A stretch of DNA of 64,000 nt from Pedosphaera sp. (GTDB taxonomy: Bacteria > Verrucomicrobiota > Verrucomicrobiia > Limisphaerales > SIBH01). The DNA is taken from contig JANOQV010000230.1 in assembly GCA_031414955.1 (NCBI GenBank), positions 1 through 64,000 of the forward strand, in the 5' to 3' direction. Made by a program: the position numbers and the translations under genes. A model generated the notes under the pieces. The model saw only the letters and a list, made by a program, of their open reading frames with translations, was not told the DNA's origin and searched no databases. Positions 18,182 through 29,946 of the stretch are shown here, one piece after another (within the stretch, counting starts at the first letter, position 1; every line of letters begins with the position of its first letter).

Positions 18182-21019
18182 GTGATATTTTCCCTGGGCC
18201 GGAGACTTTGCTGGGGCGGCGTTTTGGCCGCCGGCGCCTTGGCTGCGGAGGCGCGCGAGCCGTGGACTTCCAACCGGGTGATCGGATCACCGAATCCGCC
18301 CGCGCCTTTCACGGTCGAACGGGTGCATACAACGCAGAATTTTCAGAACCCGGTAGACCTCACGTTTATGCCCGGCTCGACCCGGCTGTTCGTGGCGGAA
18401 CAGGGTGGGATAATTTGGTCCTTCGACACGAGATCGAACAGCGCGGCGCGGGAACTGGCCATCGATCTGCGCAGACATCATCAGCCGTTCGACAACATTC
18501 TCGGGTTTACGTTTCACCCCGGCTTCGCGACCAACCGCTTCATCTACATCAACTACAACGAGCCGGGCGGGCGCCCCAACGGCGCGCATGTTTCGCGCTT
18601 CACGTTGTCGTCGTTGAACCCGCCAATCATTGATCCGTCGAGCGAGCGGGTCATCATTCGTTGGGTCAGTGGCGGGCATAACGGTTGCACCCTGGCCTTC
18701 GGCAACGACGGGCTGCTCTATGTTTCCACCGGAGACAACGACGACCCTGATCCGCCGGACGGCAAGAGGAAGACAGGGCAGGACATCAGCGACTTGCTGG
18801 GGTGCATCTTCCGCATCAACGTAGATCAGGACGACGGCACGAACAATTATTCCATCCCACGCGACAATCCTTTCGTGAGCACGCCGGGGGCCCGGCCCGA
18901 GGTGTATGCGTTCGGACTGCGCAATCCATTCCGTATGAGCTTCGACCGCGTGTCTGGCGACTTGCTGGTCGGGGACGTGGGCTTCGAGCAGTGGGAGATG
19001 ATTTATCGGGTGAAGCCGGGCGGGAATTACGGCTGGAGCATTACGGAGGGGCCGAACACGCACGTCCGCACTGACGTGCAGCAAGGGCCGGGGCCAATCC
19101 TGCCTCCGCTGGTCGCGCTGCCCCACAGCGACGCGGCGAGCATCACGGGCGGGCAGTTTTATCGCGGGCACAAGTTGCCCAAGCTGAAAGGCGCGTATCT
19201 CTACGGCGACTGGGAGACGGGCAAGTTCTGGGCGCTGCGTCATGACGGCGACAAGCTGATCGGCAACGAGGAACTGTGCGACACCACGCTGCAGCCCGTT
19301 TCGTTCACCAGCGCACCGGACGGCGAAGTGCTGGTTCTCGATTACCTCGGCGGATTGTATTCGTTTGTTCCCAACAACGCGCCGGCGGCCAATCTCGCCT
19401 TCCCGCACCGACTGAGTAAGACCGGTATCTTTGCCGACACACCGAAGCTCATGCCGGATCCAGGCGTCGTCACGTATCAACCCGCCGCAACCATGTGGAG
19501 CGACCAGGCGGGCGTCAGCCATCACTTGGGCGTGCCGGGCACCGCGCGCATTACAACTCTGCCGACGCGCCAGACCATCGCGGGCAAAATGTGGGACTAT
19601 CCGGCAAACACGGTTTTGGCGCGGACCGCGACGATGAACGACAGCGGCGCGGCGCGGCGCATCGAGACACAGTTGATGCACTTCGATGGTCAGGCGTGGA
19701 ACGGCTACACGTACCGATGGAACGATGCGCAGACGGATGCGGACCTCGTTCCCGCCGGCGGCACAAACGTGATGTTCAACTTTCGCGATCCGAGCGCGCC
19801 CGGTGGCGTGCGGGCCACAGCGTGGCGTTTCCACGGCCGCGCCGAGTGCTTCCGCTGCCACAACAGTTGGGCGAGCGAGCTGTTGTCTTTCAACTGGCTG
19901 CAACTGCCGAACGAGGAACTGGAACGGCTGGCGAAACTGGATGTGTTGAGCGTGAAAAATCGCCCGCGTGACCTGCGCCTGTTGACCAATCCACACGACA
20001 CCACCGCGCCCCTCGAAAGCCGCGCGCGTTCGTGGCTGCATGTGAATTGCGCGGGCTGCCATCGCAACGGCGCGGGCGGTGCGGTGGCGGTGCATCTGAA
20101 CTACGACAAGCCGACGCGCGACTGGCGGGCGCTGGACGAGAAACCCACGCGCGGCGATTTCGGACTGACGGGCGCGCGTGTCATCGCGCCGGGCGATCCA
20201 TTCCGCTCCGCCCTGCTCTACCGCATCAGCACCGAAGGCTCCGGCCACATGCCGCACATCGGTTCGCGGCTGGCGGATGAACAAGGCCTGGGCCTGGTGC
20301 GCGACTGGATTCGCACTTTGCCGGCCAAGGCCACGGGCACCAGCAAACTGGCCAAGGACATAGACACCGCCCTCCAAACCAAGGACCACGCCATTCTCCT
20401 CTCCTCCATGAACGGTGCGCTGGCCCTGGCCAGTTCGATTTCGAGTCCCGGGTTTCGAGTTCCGCCCGCCGCGCTCGCCCACACCAATGCCCTGGTGCGC
20501 GATCTGTTCCAGCGTTTCCTTCCGCTCGAACAACGGCGTCAGACCCTGGGCTACGAATTCGAGCCGGGCATCATTCTCGCGCTTCGCGGCGACCTGGCCC
20601 GCGGCCGGGAACTTTTCGGGGGCGCGGCCCAGTGCGCAAGCTGCCACGTCGCCGCCGGAGCGGGGCGCGACTTCGGGCCAGAGTTGAACGGGTTGCAGGC
20701 CAAGTATGACCGGGCGCAACTGCTTGATCAGATTCTGAATCCATCCAAGTCGGTGGCCCCCGAATTCAAGCTGTTCTCGCTCACCCTGCGCGATGACGCG
20801 GAACTGAACGGCTTCGTCCGCCGCCGCACCGCCACGGAACTGGTGCTGCGCGACGCGTCGCTGACGGACCACGTTATTCCGCTCGCCAGCATCAAGGAGT
20901 CACGCGCGTCCGCGATTTCGCCCATGCCGGAGGGAATGCTCGCGCCCCTCACGGCCCAGGAGGCGGCGGACCTGTTGGAATTTCTTTTCACCACGACCAA
21001 ACCCCTGGCCCAACCATGA
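18182..21019 (+). CDS. PQQ-dependent sugar (glucose/sorbosone) dehydrogenase-like propeller fused to cytochrome c domains (PVC type)
   Basis: [29 protein letters not shown]...WE and GGNYGW; three CxxCH motifs (CFRCH, CAGCH, CASCH) and S.MPEG. Start estimated at GTG 18182; the ORF-track start lies inside the tRNA. Confidence 0.85.
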   Translation: MIFSLGRRLCWGGVLAAGALAAEAREPWTSNRVIGSPNPPAPFTVERVHTTQNFQNPVDLTFMPGSTRLFVAEQGGIIWSFDTRSNSAARELAIDLRRHHQPFDNILGFTFHPGFATNRFIYINYNEPGGRPNGAHVSRFTLSSLNPPIIDPSSERVIIRWVSGGHNGCTLAFGNDGLLYVSTGDNDDPDPPDGKRKTGQDISDLLGCIFRINVDQDDGTNNYSIPRDNPFVSTPGARPEVYAFGLRNPFRMSFDRVSGDLLVGDVGFEQWEMIYRVKPGGNYGWSITEGPNTHVRTDVQQGPGPILPPLVALPHSDAASITGGQFYRGHKLPKLKGAYLYGDWETGKFWALRHDGDKLIGNEELCDTTLQPVSFTSAPDGEVLVLDYLGGLYSFVPNNAPAANLAFPHRLSKTGIFADTPKLMPDPGVVTYQPAATMWSDQAGVSHHLGVPGTARITTLPTRQTIAGKMWDYPANTVLARTATMNDSGAARRIETQLMHFDGQAWNGYTYRWNDAQTDADLVPAGGTNVMFNFRDPSAPGGVRATAWRFHGRAECFRCHNSWASELLSFNWLQLPNEELERLAKLDVLSVKNRPRDLRLLTNPHDTTAPLESRARSWLHVNCAGCHRNGAGGAVAVHLNYDKPTRDWRALDEKPTRGDFGLTGARVIAPGDPFRSALLYRISTEGSGHMPHIGSRLADEQGLGLVRDWIRTLPAKATGTSKLAKDIDTALQTKDHAILLSSMNGALALASSISSPGFRVPPAALAHTNALVRDLFQRFLPLEQRRQTLGYEFEPGIILALRGDLARGRELFGGAAQCASCHVAAGAGRDFGPELNGLQAKYDRAQLLDQILNPSKSVAPEFKLFSLTLRDDAELNGFVRRRTATELVLRDASLTDHVIPLASIKESRASAISPMPEGMLAPLTAQEAADLLEFLFTTTKPLAQP

Positions 21020-21930
21020 AACTTGGATTCGTCACCGCCATCGTCCCGGAACTTTCGCTCCAGCAAGTGCTCACCCTCGCGCGTGACGAAGGCTTCGGTT
21101 GCGTCGAAGTGATGTGCTGGCCGGTGGGCAAGGCCGAGCGTAAATATGCAGGCATCACGCACATTGACGTGGCTCGTTTCTCGCGGACGCAGGCGGAGGA
21201 AGTGAACGGACTCTGCGCTCATTACGGCGTGAGCATCTCCGCGCTCGGCTATTATCCGAATGCGCTCGACCCGAATCCCGACGTGGCGCGAGCGGCGGTG
21301 AATCACATCAAGCGCGTCATCGTGGCGGCGGAAAAGCTCGGCCTGAAGAACGTGAACACCTTCGTCGGCCGCGACTGGACAAAGAGCGTGGACGACAACT
21401 GGCCACGCTTCCTCAAAACGTGGAAGCCGCTCATCGCCTTCGCCGAGGACCACGGCATCAAGGTGGGCATCGAGAACTGCCCGATGCTGTTCTCCAATGA
21501 TGAGTGGCCGGGCGGAAAGAATCTCGCCATGTGCCCGGCCATCTGGCGGCGCATGTTTAATGACATTCCTTCGAAGAACTTTGGCTTGAACTACGATCCG
21601 TCGCATCCGGTGCTGCTGCGCTTCGACGCCTTCAAACCGCTCCGTGAGTTTCGCGACAAGCTCTTCCACCTCCACGCCAAGGACGTCCTCTTCGACCAAA
21701 CCGCGTGCGATGACTGGGGCGTGCTCGGCCTGCCCAAACACTATCATCAACCGCGCATTCCCGGCTTCGGCGAACTGGATTGGGGCAAATTCATGGGCGC
21801 GCTCCGGGCCAGCGGCTATGACGGTCCCGTGTGCATCGAGGTGGAGGATGAGACGTTCGGCCAGAGCCTCACCGGCCGGAAACGCGCCATCCGGGTTGCG
21901 CGCCAGACGCTCGCCCCGTTTTTCGGCTAA
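21016..21930 (+). CDS. Sugar phosphate isomerase/epimerase (xylose-isomerase-like TIM barrel)
   Basis: [27 protein letters not shown] and CIEVED; ATGA overlap with the upstream gene. Confidence 0.9.
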   Translation: MKLGFVTAIVPELSLQQVLTLARDEGFGCVEVMCWPVGKAERKYAGITHIDVARFSRTQAEEVNGLCAHYGVSISALGYYPNALDPNPDVARAAVNHIKRVIVAAEKLGLKNVNTFVGRDWTKSVDDNWPRFLKTWKPLIAFAEDHGIKVGIENCPMLFSNDEWPGGKNLAMCPAIWRRMFNDIPSKNFGLNYDPSHPVLLRFDAFKPLREFRDKLFHLHAKDVLFDQTACDDWGVLGLPKHYHQPRIPGFGELDWGKFMGALRASGYDGPVCIEVEDETFGQSLTGRKRAIRVARQTLAPFFG

Positions 21931-21933
21931 AGG

Positions 21934-24900
21934 TCAGGGCACTGCGGGGCCATTCGATCGACGATTCGCCACCATGAAATAGAGCACCGGCACGGCCATC
22001 CGGCTGATGAGCAGCGAGGCAATTTCTCCCGCCATGAGGGAGATGGCGAGCCCTTGGAAGATTGGATCGAACAGGATGACGCCCGCACCGGCGACAACGG
22101 CCAGCGCGGTCAACAGCATCGGGCGGAAACGAACCGCACCGGCATCAACCACGGCCTCGGCGAGCGGCATTCCCTCTGCCAGGCGTTGCTCAATAAAGTC
22201 GACCAGGATGATCGAGTTGCGCACCACGATGCCGGCTCCGGCCATGAAGCCGATCATCGAAGTGGCGGTGAAGAACGCGCCCAGCGCACCATGCGCGGGC
22301 AAAATGCCGACGAGCGAGAACGGGATGGCCATCATCACCACCAGTGGAATGAGAAAAGAGCGGAACCAGCCGACCATCAGCACGTAGATCAGCACCAGCA
22401 CCGCGGCGAAGGCGAGACCGAGGTCACGGAACACCTCAATGGTAATGTGCCATTCGCCGTCCCACTTGATCGCCGGCTGGTCATCGGTGAAAGGCTGAGT
22501 GGCGTTGAAAATCTTCAGTTGCGTGCCGTCACCGGCAAATTGCCGGGTATCGATCTGCTCCAGCGCCTTGTTCATCTTCTGAATCGCATAGACCGGGCTT
22601 TCAATCACACCGGCCACATCGCCAATCACGTACGTCACCGGCATCAGGTTCTTGTGGTAGATGCTCTTGTCGGCAATCGTCGACTGAATGCTCACCAATT
22701 CGCGCAGCGGAACGAGCGGTGCGGAGCCACCCAGGCCAGGCTCGGGCCAGGCATTCGCGTCTCCGGAGCGCACGCGCAGGGCCAGCAAATCCCCGGGCGA
22801 AGAACGACTGGCCAGCGGCAGACGCAAGACAATGTTCACGTCCTCCTTCTCGCGCTGATCGTGCAACAGGGCCACGTTCTCTCCGCCGACTGCGAGGCGC
22901 AGTGTCTGGGAAATGGTCTCGGCGCTGATGCCATGCAGCGCGGCTTTTTCTTTGTCGATGACGAACTTGGTCTTGGGCTGGTCAGCTTCAAGATACCAAT
23001 CCACATCCACTACGCCGGGCGTCTGCTGAAAGATCTCGCGCACCTTCCCGGCCAGGGCGTGCCGTGCCTCCTCAGTCGGCCCGTAAATCTCCGCCACCAG
23101 CGTCTGCAACACGGGCGGGCCGGGCGGCACTTCGGCCACGGCCACACGGGCGTTGAACCTCGCGGCAATCGCTGCGACGCGCGGACGGATGCGCTTGGCG
23201 ATGTCGTGGCTCTGGGCCTTGCGCTCGTGTTTCCCCACAAGGTTGATCTGCACGTCGGCCACGTTCGCACCACGCCGCATAAAGTAATGGCGGACGAGAC
23301 CGTTGAAGTTGAACGGCGCCGCCGCACCGACATAAACCTGATAGTCCGTCACCTCTGGTTCGACCCGAACAGCCGCAGCCATTTCGCGCGCGGCCTGTGC
23401 GGTGCGCTCAAGCGAACTGCCCTCGGGCATGTTCAGGATGATCTGGAACTCCGACTTGTTGTCGAAGGGCAGCATCTTGACCTTCACCCATTTGATTCCG
23501 ACCAAGGACATGGCCACTAGCAGCAGCGCCGTAATGCCGCCGAGGAACGCCCAGCGCCAGGGCGCGCGCGCGAGGAGCGGACTCATGATGCGGCGATACA
23601 AGCGAGTGAACGCGTCTTCGGCGTGCTCTGAATGTGGACGGGGGTTGTTGTCTTCTCCTGCGGCACCCGGACCTGCCGTGAGCGAGGTGTATTTCTTGCC
23701 CAAGCGCAGAATCCGAATCGCCGCCCAGGGCGTGACGATGAAAGCGATGGCCAGCGAGAAGAACATGGCCGCGCTGGCGCCGAGGGGAATCGGCCGCATG
23801 TACGGGCCCATCAGCCCGCCGACAAACGCCATCGGCAGCACGGCGGCGATGACCGCGAAGGTGGCGAGGATGGTGGGGTTGCCGACTTCACCAACCGCTT
23901 CCACGGCCATGCTCGACCAGTTCCGCCCCTTGTTTTGCGGCAGATGAAAATGGCGAACGATGTTCTCCACCACCACGATGGCGTCATCGACGAGGATGCC
24001 GATGCTGAAGATGAGCGCGAAGAGCGTGATGCGGTTGAGGGTGAAGCCGTAGAGGTAGAACACGACCAGGGTAAGGGCGAGCGTGGAAGGAATCGCGATG
24101 GCCACAATGCCCGATTCGCGCCAGCCGAGCGTGAGCAGGATGAGAATCGAGACGCTGACCACGGCGAGGCCCATGTGGAAGAGCAGCTCGTTGGATTTTT
24201 CGGCCGCAGTTTTGCCGTAATGGCGCGTGACGGTCATCTGCACGGCGGCGGGAATGAGCGAACCGCGCAAGGTCTCGACTTTACGCAGCACTTCCCGGGC
24301 GATGGAGACCGCGTTGGCACCGGGACGCTTGGCGATGCTGAGGGTGGCGGCGGGTTGTTCATCTCCTGCCCCGGATCTGGCCGCCCCATTCCCAAAGAAC
24401 ACATACTGGCTCGGTTCCTCGGCCCCATCCACGATGGCGGCGACATCGCGCAGATAAACTGGACGCCCGCCGAAGACGCCCACGACCACGTTGCCGACCT
24501 CGCCGGCGCGCTCCAGAAAGGCGCCGGTTTCCACGACAATTTCCTGGTTGTGGCTGGTCAACCCACCGGCGGCGAACTGCCGGTTGGCTTGTTGCAGCAT
24601 CGGGACGAGGCCGGCCGCGCTGAGGTTGCGCGAGGCGAGTTTCACGGGATCGAGCAGCACGCGCACCTGCCGCCGCGCACCGCCGATGAGCGTGGTTTCC
24701 GCCACGAGCGGAACTTGCTTCACCGAGTCATCTACCTGGGCCACGAGTCGGCGGAGCGTGAGATGGTCGTAGCGCGGGCTGTGAAATGTGAGCGCGAGAA
24801 TCGGCACGTCATCGATGGACTTGGGCTTGATCAGGGGGAAGGCAATACCGTGGGGGATGCGGTCAAAATTGGCGCGAAGCTTCTCCGTGAGTTTGACCAG

Positions 24901-25248
24901 GCTGCGCTCGACGTCCTCGCCGACCTTGAAGCGCACGATGACCAGGCTCTCGCCGGGGCGCGAGGTGGAGTAGATGTATTCCACGCCGGCAATTTCCCAG
25001 AGCAGCTTCTCCATGGGGCGCGTGGCTCGCTCTTCCACTTCGCGCGCGCTGAAGCCTGGCATCGAGACCATCACATCCACGATCGGCACCTTGATCTGCG
25101 GTTCCTCTTCGCGTGGGAGGAGAAAGATCGCCGCCACCCCAAGCAACACCGAGGTGATGATGACCAACGGTGTGAGCCTGGAATTGATGAAGGTGCGCGC
25201 GATGCGCCCGGCCAACCCGGGCGTGGAGTGCGATGAGGCAGGATTCAC
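21934..25248 (-). CDS. RND efflux transporter permease subunit (AcrB/CusA family)
   Basis: 1104 aa; [36 protein letters not shown] and RFRPMLLTA. Confidence 0.95.
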   Translation of the reverse strand: MNPASSHSTPGLAGRIARTFINSRLTPLVIITSVLLGVAAIFLLPREEEPQIKVPIVDVMVSMPGFSAREVEERATRPMEKLLWEIAGVEYIYSTSRPGESLVIVRFKVGEDVERSLVKLTEKLRANFDRIPHGIAFPLIKPKSIDDVPILALTFHSPRYDHLTLRRLVAQVDDSVKQVPLVAETTLIGGARRQVRVLLDPVKLASRNLSAAGLVPMLQQANRQFAAGGLTSHNQEIVVETGAFLERAGEVGNVVVGVFGGRPVYLRDVAAIVDGAEEPSQYVFFGNGAARSGAGDEQPAATLSIAKRPGANAVSIAREVLRKVETLRGSLIPAAVQMTVTRHYGKTAAEKSNELLFHMGLAVVSVSILILLTLGWRESGIVAIAIPSTLALTLVVFYLYGFTLNRITLFALIFSIGILVDDAIVVVENIVRHFHLPQNKGRNWSSMAVEAVGEVGNPTILATFAVIAAVLPMAFVGGLMGPYMRPIPLGASAAMFFSLAIAFIVTPWAAIRILRLGKKYTSLTAGPGAAGEDNNPRPHSEHAEDAFTRLYRRIMSPLLARAPWRWAFLGGITALLLVAMSLVGIKWVKVKMLPFDNKSEFQIILNMPEGSSLERTAQAAREMAAAVRVEPEVTDYQVYVGAAAPFNFNGLVRHYFMRRGANVADVQINLVGKHERKAQSHDIAKRIRPRVAAIAARFNARVAVAEVPPGPPVLQTLVAEIYGPTEEARHALAGKVREIFQQTPGVVDVDWYLEADQPKTKFVIDKEKAALHGISAETISQTLRLAVGGENVALLHDQREKEDVNIVLRLPLASRSSPGDLLALRVRSGDANAWPEPGLGGSAPLVPLRELVSIQSTIADKSIYHKNLMPVTYVIGDVAGVIESPVYAIQKMNKALEQIDTRQFAGDGTQLKIFNATQPFTDDQPAIKWDGEWHITIEVFRDLGLAFAAVLVLIYVLMVGWFRSFLIPLVVMMAIPFSLVGILPAHGALGAFFTATSMIGFMAGAGIVVRNSIILVDFIEQRLAEGMPLAEAVVDAGAVRFRPMLLTALAVVAGAGVILFDPIFQGLAISLMAGEIASLLISRMAVPVLYFMVANRRSNGPAVP

Positions 25249-26273
25249 TTCACCTCCAGCGGTTGACCTTCGCGCAACTGGGCCGCGCCCTCGACCACGA
25301 CCTGCTCGCCCGCACTGATCCCGGACACCAATTCCACTTCCCCGCCGAGGCGCCGACCAGTTTTCACGAGCCGCAACTGTGCCTGCTGGTTCACGACCAC
25401 GAAGATCAGTTCCATCTGGCCGCGCTGAATCACGGCTTCGAATGGGACCAACAAGGCCTTGCTTTCACCAAGCGGGATGGCTACGCGCGCGAGCTGTCCG
25501 GCGCGCAAACCCGCGTTCGCCGGCAGGTCGAGTTTCACGCTGAAGGTGCGGCTACCCGCATCGGCACTGGGCGCGATCTCGCTCAGGACCGCAGTGACCG
25601 GGGCATCCTCGGCCGCAGCACGCACCTGGAAACGCGCGCCGAGTTGGACGCGGTTAATGAGCGCTTCGGGAACGCCCGCTTCCAAGCGCAGCGTGTTCGG
25701 GTCATCCATCTCCAGCAGGGCGCGACCGGGGGAAGCCAGGTCGCCGACATCAACATGCTTGCGGGTGACGACACCGAGGAAGGGCGCAGTCAGCTTGGTA
25801 TAGCCGAGCATCGTCTCGGCCTCCGCCACGGCGGCGACGGCGACGCGGTGGCGCGAGTCGGCGGTTTCAAATTCCTGAATGGAAATGGCCTTCTGCCCGA
25901 GCAAACTGCGCAGGCGTTCGGCATCACGGGCTGATTGTTCGCGCGTGGCCAGCGCCTGATCGAGGCGGGCTTGAATCTCCTTGGCCTCGATCTGCACGAG
26001 CAGTTCACCGGCTTTGACCGACTGGCCCGGCGTGACCAGCATCTGGTCGATGCGCCCGCTCACCTTTGATTCGATGGTGGCGCGCAGCTTGGGTTGGACG
26101 GTTCCGACCACATCTTCGGTGGCGAGGAGTGATTTGGTTTCCAACCTCAGCACGCGCACGGAAGCGGCGGGAATTTTCTGCGCGGTTCCGGGGCCAGGCT
26201 GACTCTCGCGGCAGCCGGTTAGGGCCAGCAACACCGGGACGGCCAGAGCGCCGAAAAATTTCAAACCTTGCAT
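25245..26273 (-). CDS. RND efflux periplasmic adaptor (membrane fusion) lipoprotein
   Basis: Lipobox LALTGC; SKVSGRI...V..GQ.VKAGELL; LTAPF.GVV; overlaps the permease start. Confidence 0.93.
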   Translation of the reverse strand: MQGLKFFGALAVPVLLALTGCRESQPGPGTAQKIPAASVRVLRLETKSLLATEDVVGTVQPKLRATIESKVSGRIDQMLVTPGQSVKAGELLVQIEAKEIQARLDQALATREQSARDAERLRSLLGQKAISIQEFETADSRHRVAVAAVAEAETMLGYTKLTAPFLGVVTRKHVDVGDLASPGRALLEMDDPNTLRLEAGVPEALINRVQLGARFQVRAAAEDAPVTAVLSEIAPSADAGSRTFSVKLDLPANAGLRAGQLARVAIPLGESKALLVPFEAVIQRGQMELIFVVVNQQAQLRLVKTGRRLGGEVELVSGISAGEQVVVEGAAQLREGQPLEVK

Positions 26274-26298
26274 ACGAGAAGAGACGGCCGTGAATGAC

Positions 26299-26508
26299 TC
26301 ACGAGCAACAGCCGCCGTTTGCTTTTCCCACACCCAGCTTGCGGAGGAAAATCTCCATCGGACAGAACCGGGTTAAGGACGACTGAAGCAGGTTGAAGCC
26401 GACGAAGGCGGTAAACCAGAGCCAGTGCGGGCTGTGCAGACGAGCGAGCGCCAGGCTCAAGAGGATAAACAAGCCGGCGAACATTCGGATGTAGCGTTCC
26501 ATAGTCAT
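26299..26508 (-). CDS. DUF2892 / YgaP-like small membrane protein
   Basis: MERYIRMFAG...WLWFTAFVGFNLLQS..T.FCP, with a C-terminal GGCCS tail. Confidence 0.85.
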   Translation of the reverse strand: MTMERYIRMFAGLFILLSLALARLHSPHWLWFTAFVGFNLLQSSLTRFCPMEIFLRKLGVGKANGGCCS

Positions 26509-26529
26509 ATCATTTCGTTCCTGCCCGGT

Positions 26530-26556
26530 TTGAGCCGCGAGCCGGGGAAAGGTTAC
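26530..26556 (-). promoter_or_regulatory. Putative ECF promoter GTAAC-N16-GCTCAA upstream of the DUF2892-RND operon
   Basis: GTAACCTTTCCCCGGCTCGCGGCTCAA; near-identical copy at 27257-27283. Confidence 0.65.
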
Positions 26557-26606
26557 AAACGTGGTGGCTTGTCTGGAAATCGGGCCAACGGCATGTTGGG
26601 CGCGCA

Positions 26607-27245
26607 ATGCTGGAACAGTTGACGGACACCGAACTCGTTCGCCGGGCCAAGGCGGGCGAGTTGGAGGCGTTTGCAGCGATGGTCGCCCGGCATGAGCGCG
26701 TCGTCTATTCGCTGGCCCGACGCATCGTACAGCAGGATCAGGATGCCGAGGACGTGACCCAACAGGCGTTCCTTAGCGCGCTGGAAGGGTTGGGGAGCTT
26801 CCGCGAGGCGGCTAGTTTCGCAACCTGGCTGCAGCGCATCGCGACCTACGCCGCGCTCAAGGTGTTGCGCAAGCGCAAGGGGCTTCCCACCGTTTCCCTC
26901 GAGGCCGCCACGGAACCGCAGGAAGGTTACGACACGGTGCCGCATCCGGAGTTCATCGCCGACTGGAAGCAATCGCCCTCGGAGTTGGTCGAGCGTGAAG
27001 AAACGCGCCGGCTGCTGGATGAAGCGCTGGCCAAACTCGACGAAAAGCATCGTGTTATCTTCCTGCTCCGCGACGTGGAAGGATTGTCGGTGAAGGAGAC
27101 CGCCGAGGCGCTTGGCCTGAGCGAGGCGAATGTGAAAGTGCGCCTGCTGCGGGCGCGGCTCCAGTTGCGCGAACTATTGACGCGCAAATTCGGCGACCCG
27201 GCCCGGCGCCAGGAACCGCACCGCCACGAGGAGGCGCAACCATGA
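26607..27245 (+). CDS. ECF-family RNA polymerase sigma factor
   Basis: DAEDVTQQAFL...F...ASFATWL.RIA; RDVEGLSVKETAEALGLSEANVKVRLLRAR. Confidence 0.95.
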   Translation: MLEQLTDTELVRRAKAGELEAFAAMVARHERVVYSLARRIVQQDQDAEDVTQQAFLSALEGLGSFREAASFATWLQRIATYAALKVLRKRKGLPTVSLEAATEPQEGYDTVPHPEFIADWKQSPSELVEREETRRLLDEALAKLDEKHRVIFLLRDVEGLSVKETAEALGLSEANVKVRLLRARLQLRELLTRKFGDPARRQEPHRHEEAQP

Positions 27246-27256
27246 GCGCATCGGGC

Positions 27257-27283
27257 GTAACTTTTTCCGGCCCCGCGGCTCAA
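27257..27283 (+). promoter_or_regulatory. Putative ECF promoter GTAAC-N16-GCTCAA upstream of the anti-sigma gene
   Basis: GTAACTTTTTCCGGCCCCGCGGCTCAA followed by a GAGGA RBS; twin of 26530-26556. Confidence 0.65.
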
Positions 27284-27297
27284 TCGAGGAAGCAGCC

Positions 27298-27543
27298 ATG
27301 AAGTGCGAAGAATTACTGGCGATGTTGAATGACTACGTGGACGGCGGGGTCGATCCCGGCGTGTGCGATCAATTCGCGCAACATCTTGCGGGCTGCAATC
27401 CCTGCCAGGTCGTCGTGGACAACATTCGGCAGACCATCACGCTCTACAAAGAGGGCCAGGCCTGCACCCTGCCCGTGGCCTTCCGCGCGAAGCTGCACTC
27501 CACCTTGCGCGCAAAGTGGCAGGAAAAACACCGGCCAGCGTAA
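27298..27543 (+). CDS. Soluble zinc-binding anti-sigma factor (zf-HC2 / ZAS)
   Basis: MKCEELL...YVDG...HLAGCNPC (HxxxCxxC), no TM, directly after the sigma gene. Confidence 0.9.
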   Translation: MKCEELLAMLNDYVDGGVDPGVCDQFAQHLAGCNPCQVVVDNIRQTITLYKEGQACTLPVAFRAKLHSTLRAKWQEKHRPA

Positions 27544-27568
27544 ACGCTCCGCGCCGTGCTCGTGCTGT

Positions 27569-28030
27569 TCAGTAGATTCCTGGAATCAATCGCCGGACCC
27601 GGGCGGCGTAGCCCACGTACTCGGGATACCGGTCGCGCAGCCAGCGCTCTTCCAAGCGGGACTTCGCATCCAGAATGACCGCGAGGAGGAGGGAAATCCC
27701 GACCGCCGCCGCGCTTGACCACAGCATCGACCAGCCGAGCGTTCCGAAAATCAGACAACTGTAAAGCGGGTGCCGCACGACCCGATAGGCGCCAGACTGA
27801 ACCAGTTGTGAGTCCGCGCGCGGTTTCGGAAACGGTGTCAGGTTGCGCCCCAAAGCGTGCGCGCCGCCGATCCCGAAGGCGGCCCCGATGGCCACGAACA
27901 CCCCCGCGCCCAGCCGCCAACCCCAGGGCCAGGACACACCGTGGTGGAAAGGCGCGACCGCCAGGGCGCAAAACATCGCCAGATTCTGCGCCACCACCCA
28001 CCGCCCGCCCTTGGCCATAAATTCGCTCAT
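27569..28030 (-). CDS. Isoprenylcysteine carboxylmethyltransferase / PEMT-family membrane protein
   Basis: LVQSGAYRVVRHPLYS and EERWL...YPEY..Y...V.RLIP. Confidence 0.88.
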   Translation of the reverse strand: MSEFMAKGGRWVVAQNLAMFCALAVAPFHHGVSWPWGWRLGAGVFVAIGAAFGIGGAHALGRNLTPFPKPRADSQLVQSGAYRVVRHPLYSCLIFGTLGWSMLWSSAAAVGISLLLAVILDAKSRLEERWLRDRYPEYVGYAARVRRLIPGIY

Positions 28031-28138
28031 CGCGTCCCCATCATGAACGTCGCCCAGGGCAACACCAGAGTTGCGTGAATCGCCCCCGGCCCTAGACTGC
28101 CGGCAATTCCAAGATGTGAACTCGTGCCCAGCAAATGT

Positions 28139-29239
28139 ATGAAGCATTTATCGAATGTCTCCCGCCGTCGTTTTATTGCCACCGCCGCCACCGCCACGGC
28201 CGCCTTGGCCATGCCGCGTATCATCACGGCGCAAAAGTCCGACCCGCAGCTCGTGATCGGCACCGGCGCGCATCGCTATGAGGTGCAGCACCACTGGCCC
28301 CAGTTGCCGGACAAATACTCGTGGCAGACAACCCACAACGTCGCGGTGGATCGCGAAGGATTGCTCTACGTCATTCATGAGGGGCGCGAGAACTTGAAGG
28401 ATCATCCGTCCATCTTCGTATTCGATGGCCAGGGCAAGTTCGTCCGCGCCTTCGGAAATCAGTTTCAAGGCGGCGGCCACGGGCTGGAAGTGCGCACTGA
28501 AGGCAAGGAGCAGTTCCTCTATGTGACCGCCTACCAGCAGGTGAAGAGTTTCGCCAAGCTCACCCTCAAGGGGGAACGCATTTGGGAAAAGCACGCGCCC
28601 ATGGACTCGGGTATTTATCTGAAGGACGAAGACACCGCGCCGAAGAAGCGCTGGGGCCGCGACGCCTTCATGCCCACCAACTATGCCTTCCTGCCCGACG
28701 GCGGGTTCTTCCTCGCCGATGGCTACGGCTCGTTTCGCATCCATCGCTACGACCAGAACGGCAAGTGGCTCTCCATGTTCGGCAAGCCGGGCAAGGGCGA
28801 CGGCGAGTTCAACACGCCGCACGGCCTCTGGATCGATAACCGACCGGGACGCAAAGCCTCAGTGGTCGTGGCGGATCGCGCGAACGCGCGGCTGCAATGG
28901 TTCACCTTCGAGGGCCAGCACCTCAAGACGCTGGGCGGCTTCATTCTGCCGGCCAACCTCGACACGCTCGGCGACGTGCTGCTCGTGCCCGACCTGAGCG
29001 CGCGCGTCACCCTGCTCGACAAGGATGACAAGGTCATCACCCACCTCGGCGAAGACCCGGAATGGCGTGCGGCGGTGACGAAGGACGGCAACAAACTTCG
29101 CCGCAACCCGAAAGGCGAAGGCTGGGTCTCGGGAAAATTTCTGCACCCGCACGACGCCTGCTTCGATGGGGCGGGGAACATCTTTGTCGCGGAGTGGGTG
29201 GACACAGGCCGCATCACCCGGCTGCGGAAGCTGAGTTGA
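28139..29239 (+). CDS. Tat-exported NHL-repeat beta-propeller protein (peptidylglycine lyase-like)
   Basis: Tat signal SRRRFI; ADGYGS, G.G.GEFNTPHG, VADRANARLQ, F.HPHD and FVAEW. Confidence 0.85.
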   Translation: MKHLSNVSRRRFIATAATATAALAMPRIITAQKSDPQLVIGTGAHRYEVQHHWPQLPDKYSWQTTHNVAVDREGLLYVIHEGRENLKDHPSIFVFDGQGKFVRAFGNQFQGGGHGLEVRTEGKEQFLYVTAYQQVKSFAKLTLKGERIWEKHAPMDSGIYLKDEDTAPKKRWGRDAFMPTNYAFLPDGGFFLADGYGSFRIHRYDQNGKWLSMFGKPGKGDGEFNTPHGLWIDNRPGRKASVVVADRANARLQWFTFEGQHLKTLGGFILPANLDTLGDVLLVPDLSARVTLLDKDDKVITHLGEDPEWRAAVTKDGNKLRRNPKGEGWVSGKFLHPHDACFDGAGNIFVAEWVDTGRITRLRKLS

Positions 29240-29397
29240 CGAAGCGCGAGCTTGCGGCCTGCCGCAACGTGCTACCGAAGGCCGGATCAATTCATGGCCG
29301 GAATCCGTGTTGGCGCATGTGTTTGCGAACTGCCAAGCCCGCGCACCGGCTGAAGAAATCTCGTGCATCGGCCCAGCGCGGGGAACATCCTCGCGCC

Positions 29398-29946
29398 ATG
29401 AACGCGCCGCGAAACATTCGGAACATCGCGCTGTGCGGGTTCATGGGTACCGGCAAATCCTCCGTGGGCCGGCTCGTGGCCGAACAGTTGCACTTCGCCT
29501 TCCTCGACACCGACACCGTCATCGAGGCCCGCGCGGGCCGGAGCATCGCCGAGATTTTTGCCGCAGAGGGTGAGGCGACCTTCCGCGAACTGGAGGCGAA
29601 GATCGTCCGGGAGTTGACCGAGCGCGCCCATACCGTCATCTCGACCGGCGGCGGGCTGGTGGTGAATCCCGCCAGCATGGCGAGCTTGAAGCAACATGCG
29701 CTGGTGATCTGCCTGTGGGCCTCGCCGGAAGGAATTTACGCGCGCGTGAAAAACCAGAATCAACGGCCCCTGCTCCAGGATGCGCAGCCGCTGGAAACAA
29801 TCCGCCGACTGCTCGCCGAACGCACCCCGGCCTACAAGCAGGCGGACGTGTTGCTCAACACAGAAATCCGTTCGCCGCACGAAGTCGCGCACCAGGTAAT
29901 CCACCAGTTCCGCATGGCGCGCACCGCGCCGCCTGTTCAGCCTTGA
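29398..29946 (+). CDS. aroK: Shikimate kinase
   Basis: GFMGTGKS P-loop, DTD, GEATFRELE, STGGG and RPLL. Confidence 0.95.
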   Translation: MNAPRNIRNIALCGFMGTGKSSVGRLVAEQLHFAFLDTDTVIEARAGRSIAEIFAAEGEATFRELEAKIVRELTERAHTVISTGGGLVVNPASMASLKQHALVICLWASPEGIYARVKNQNQRPLLQDAQPLETIRRLLAERTPAYKQADVLLNTEIRSPHEVAHQVIHQFRMARTAPPVQP

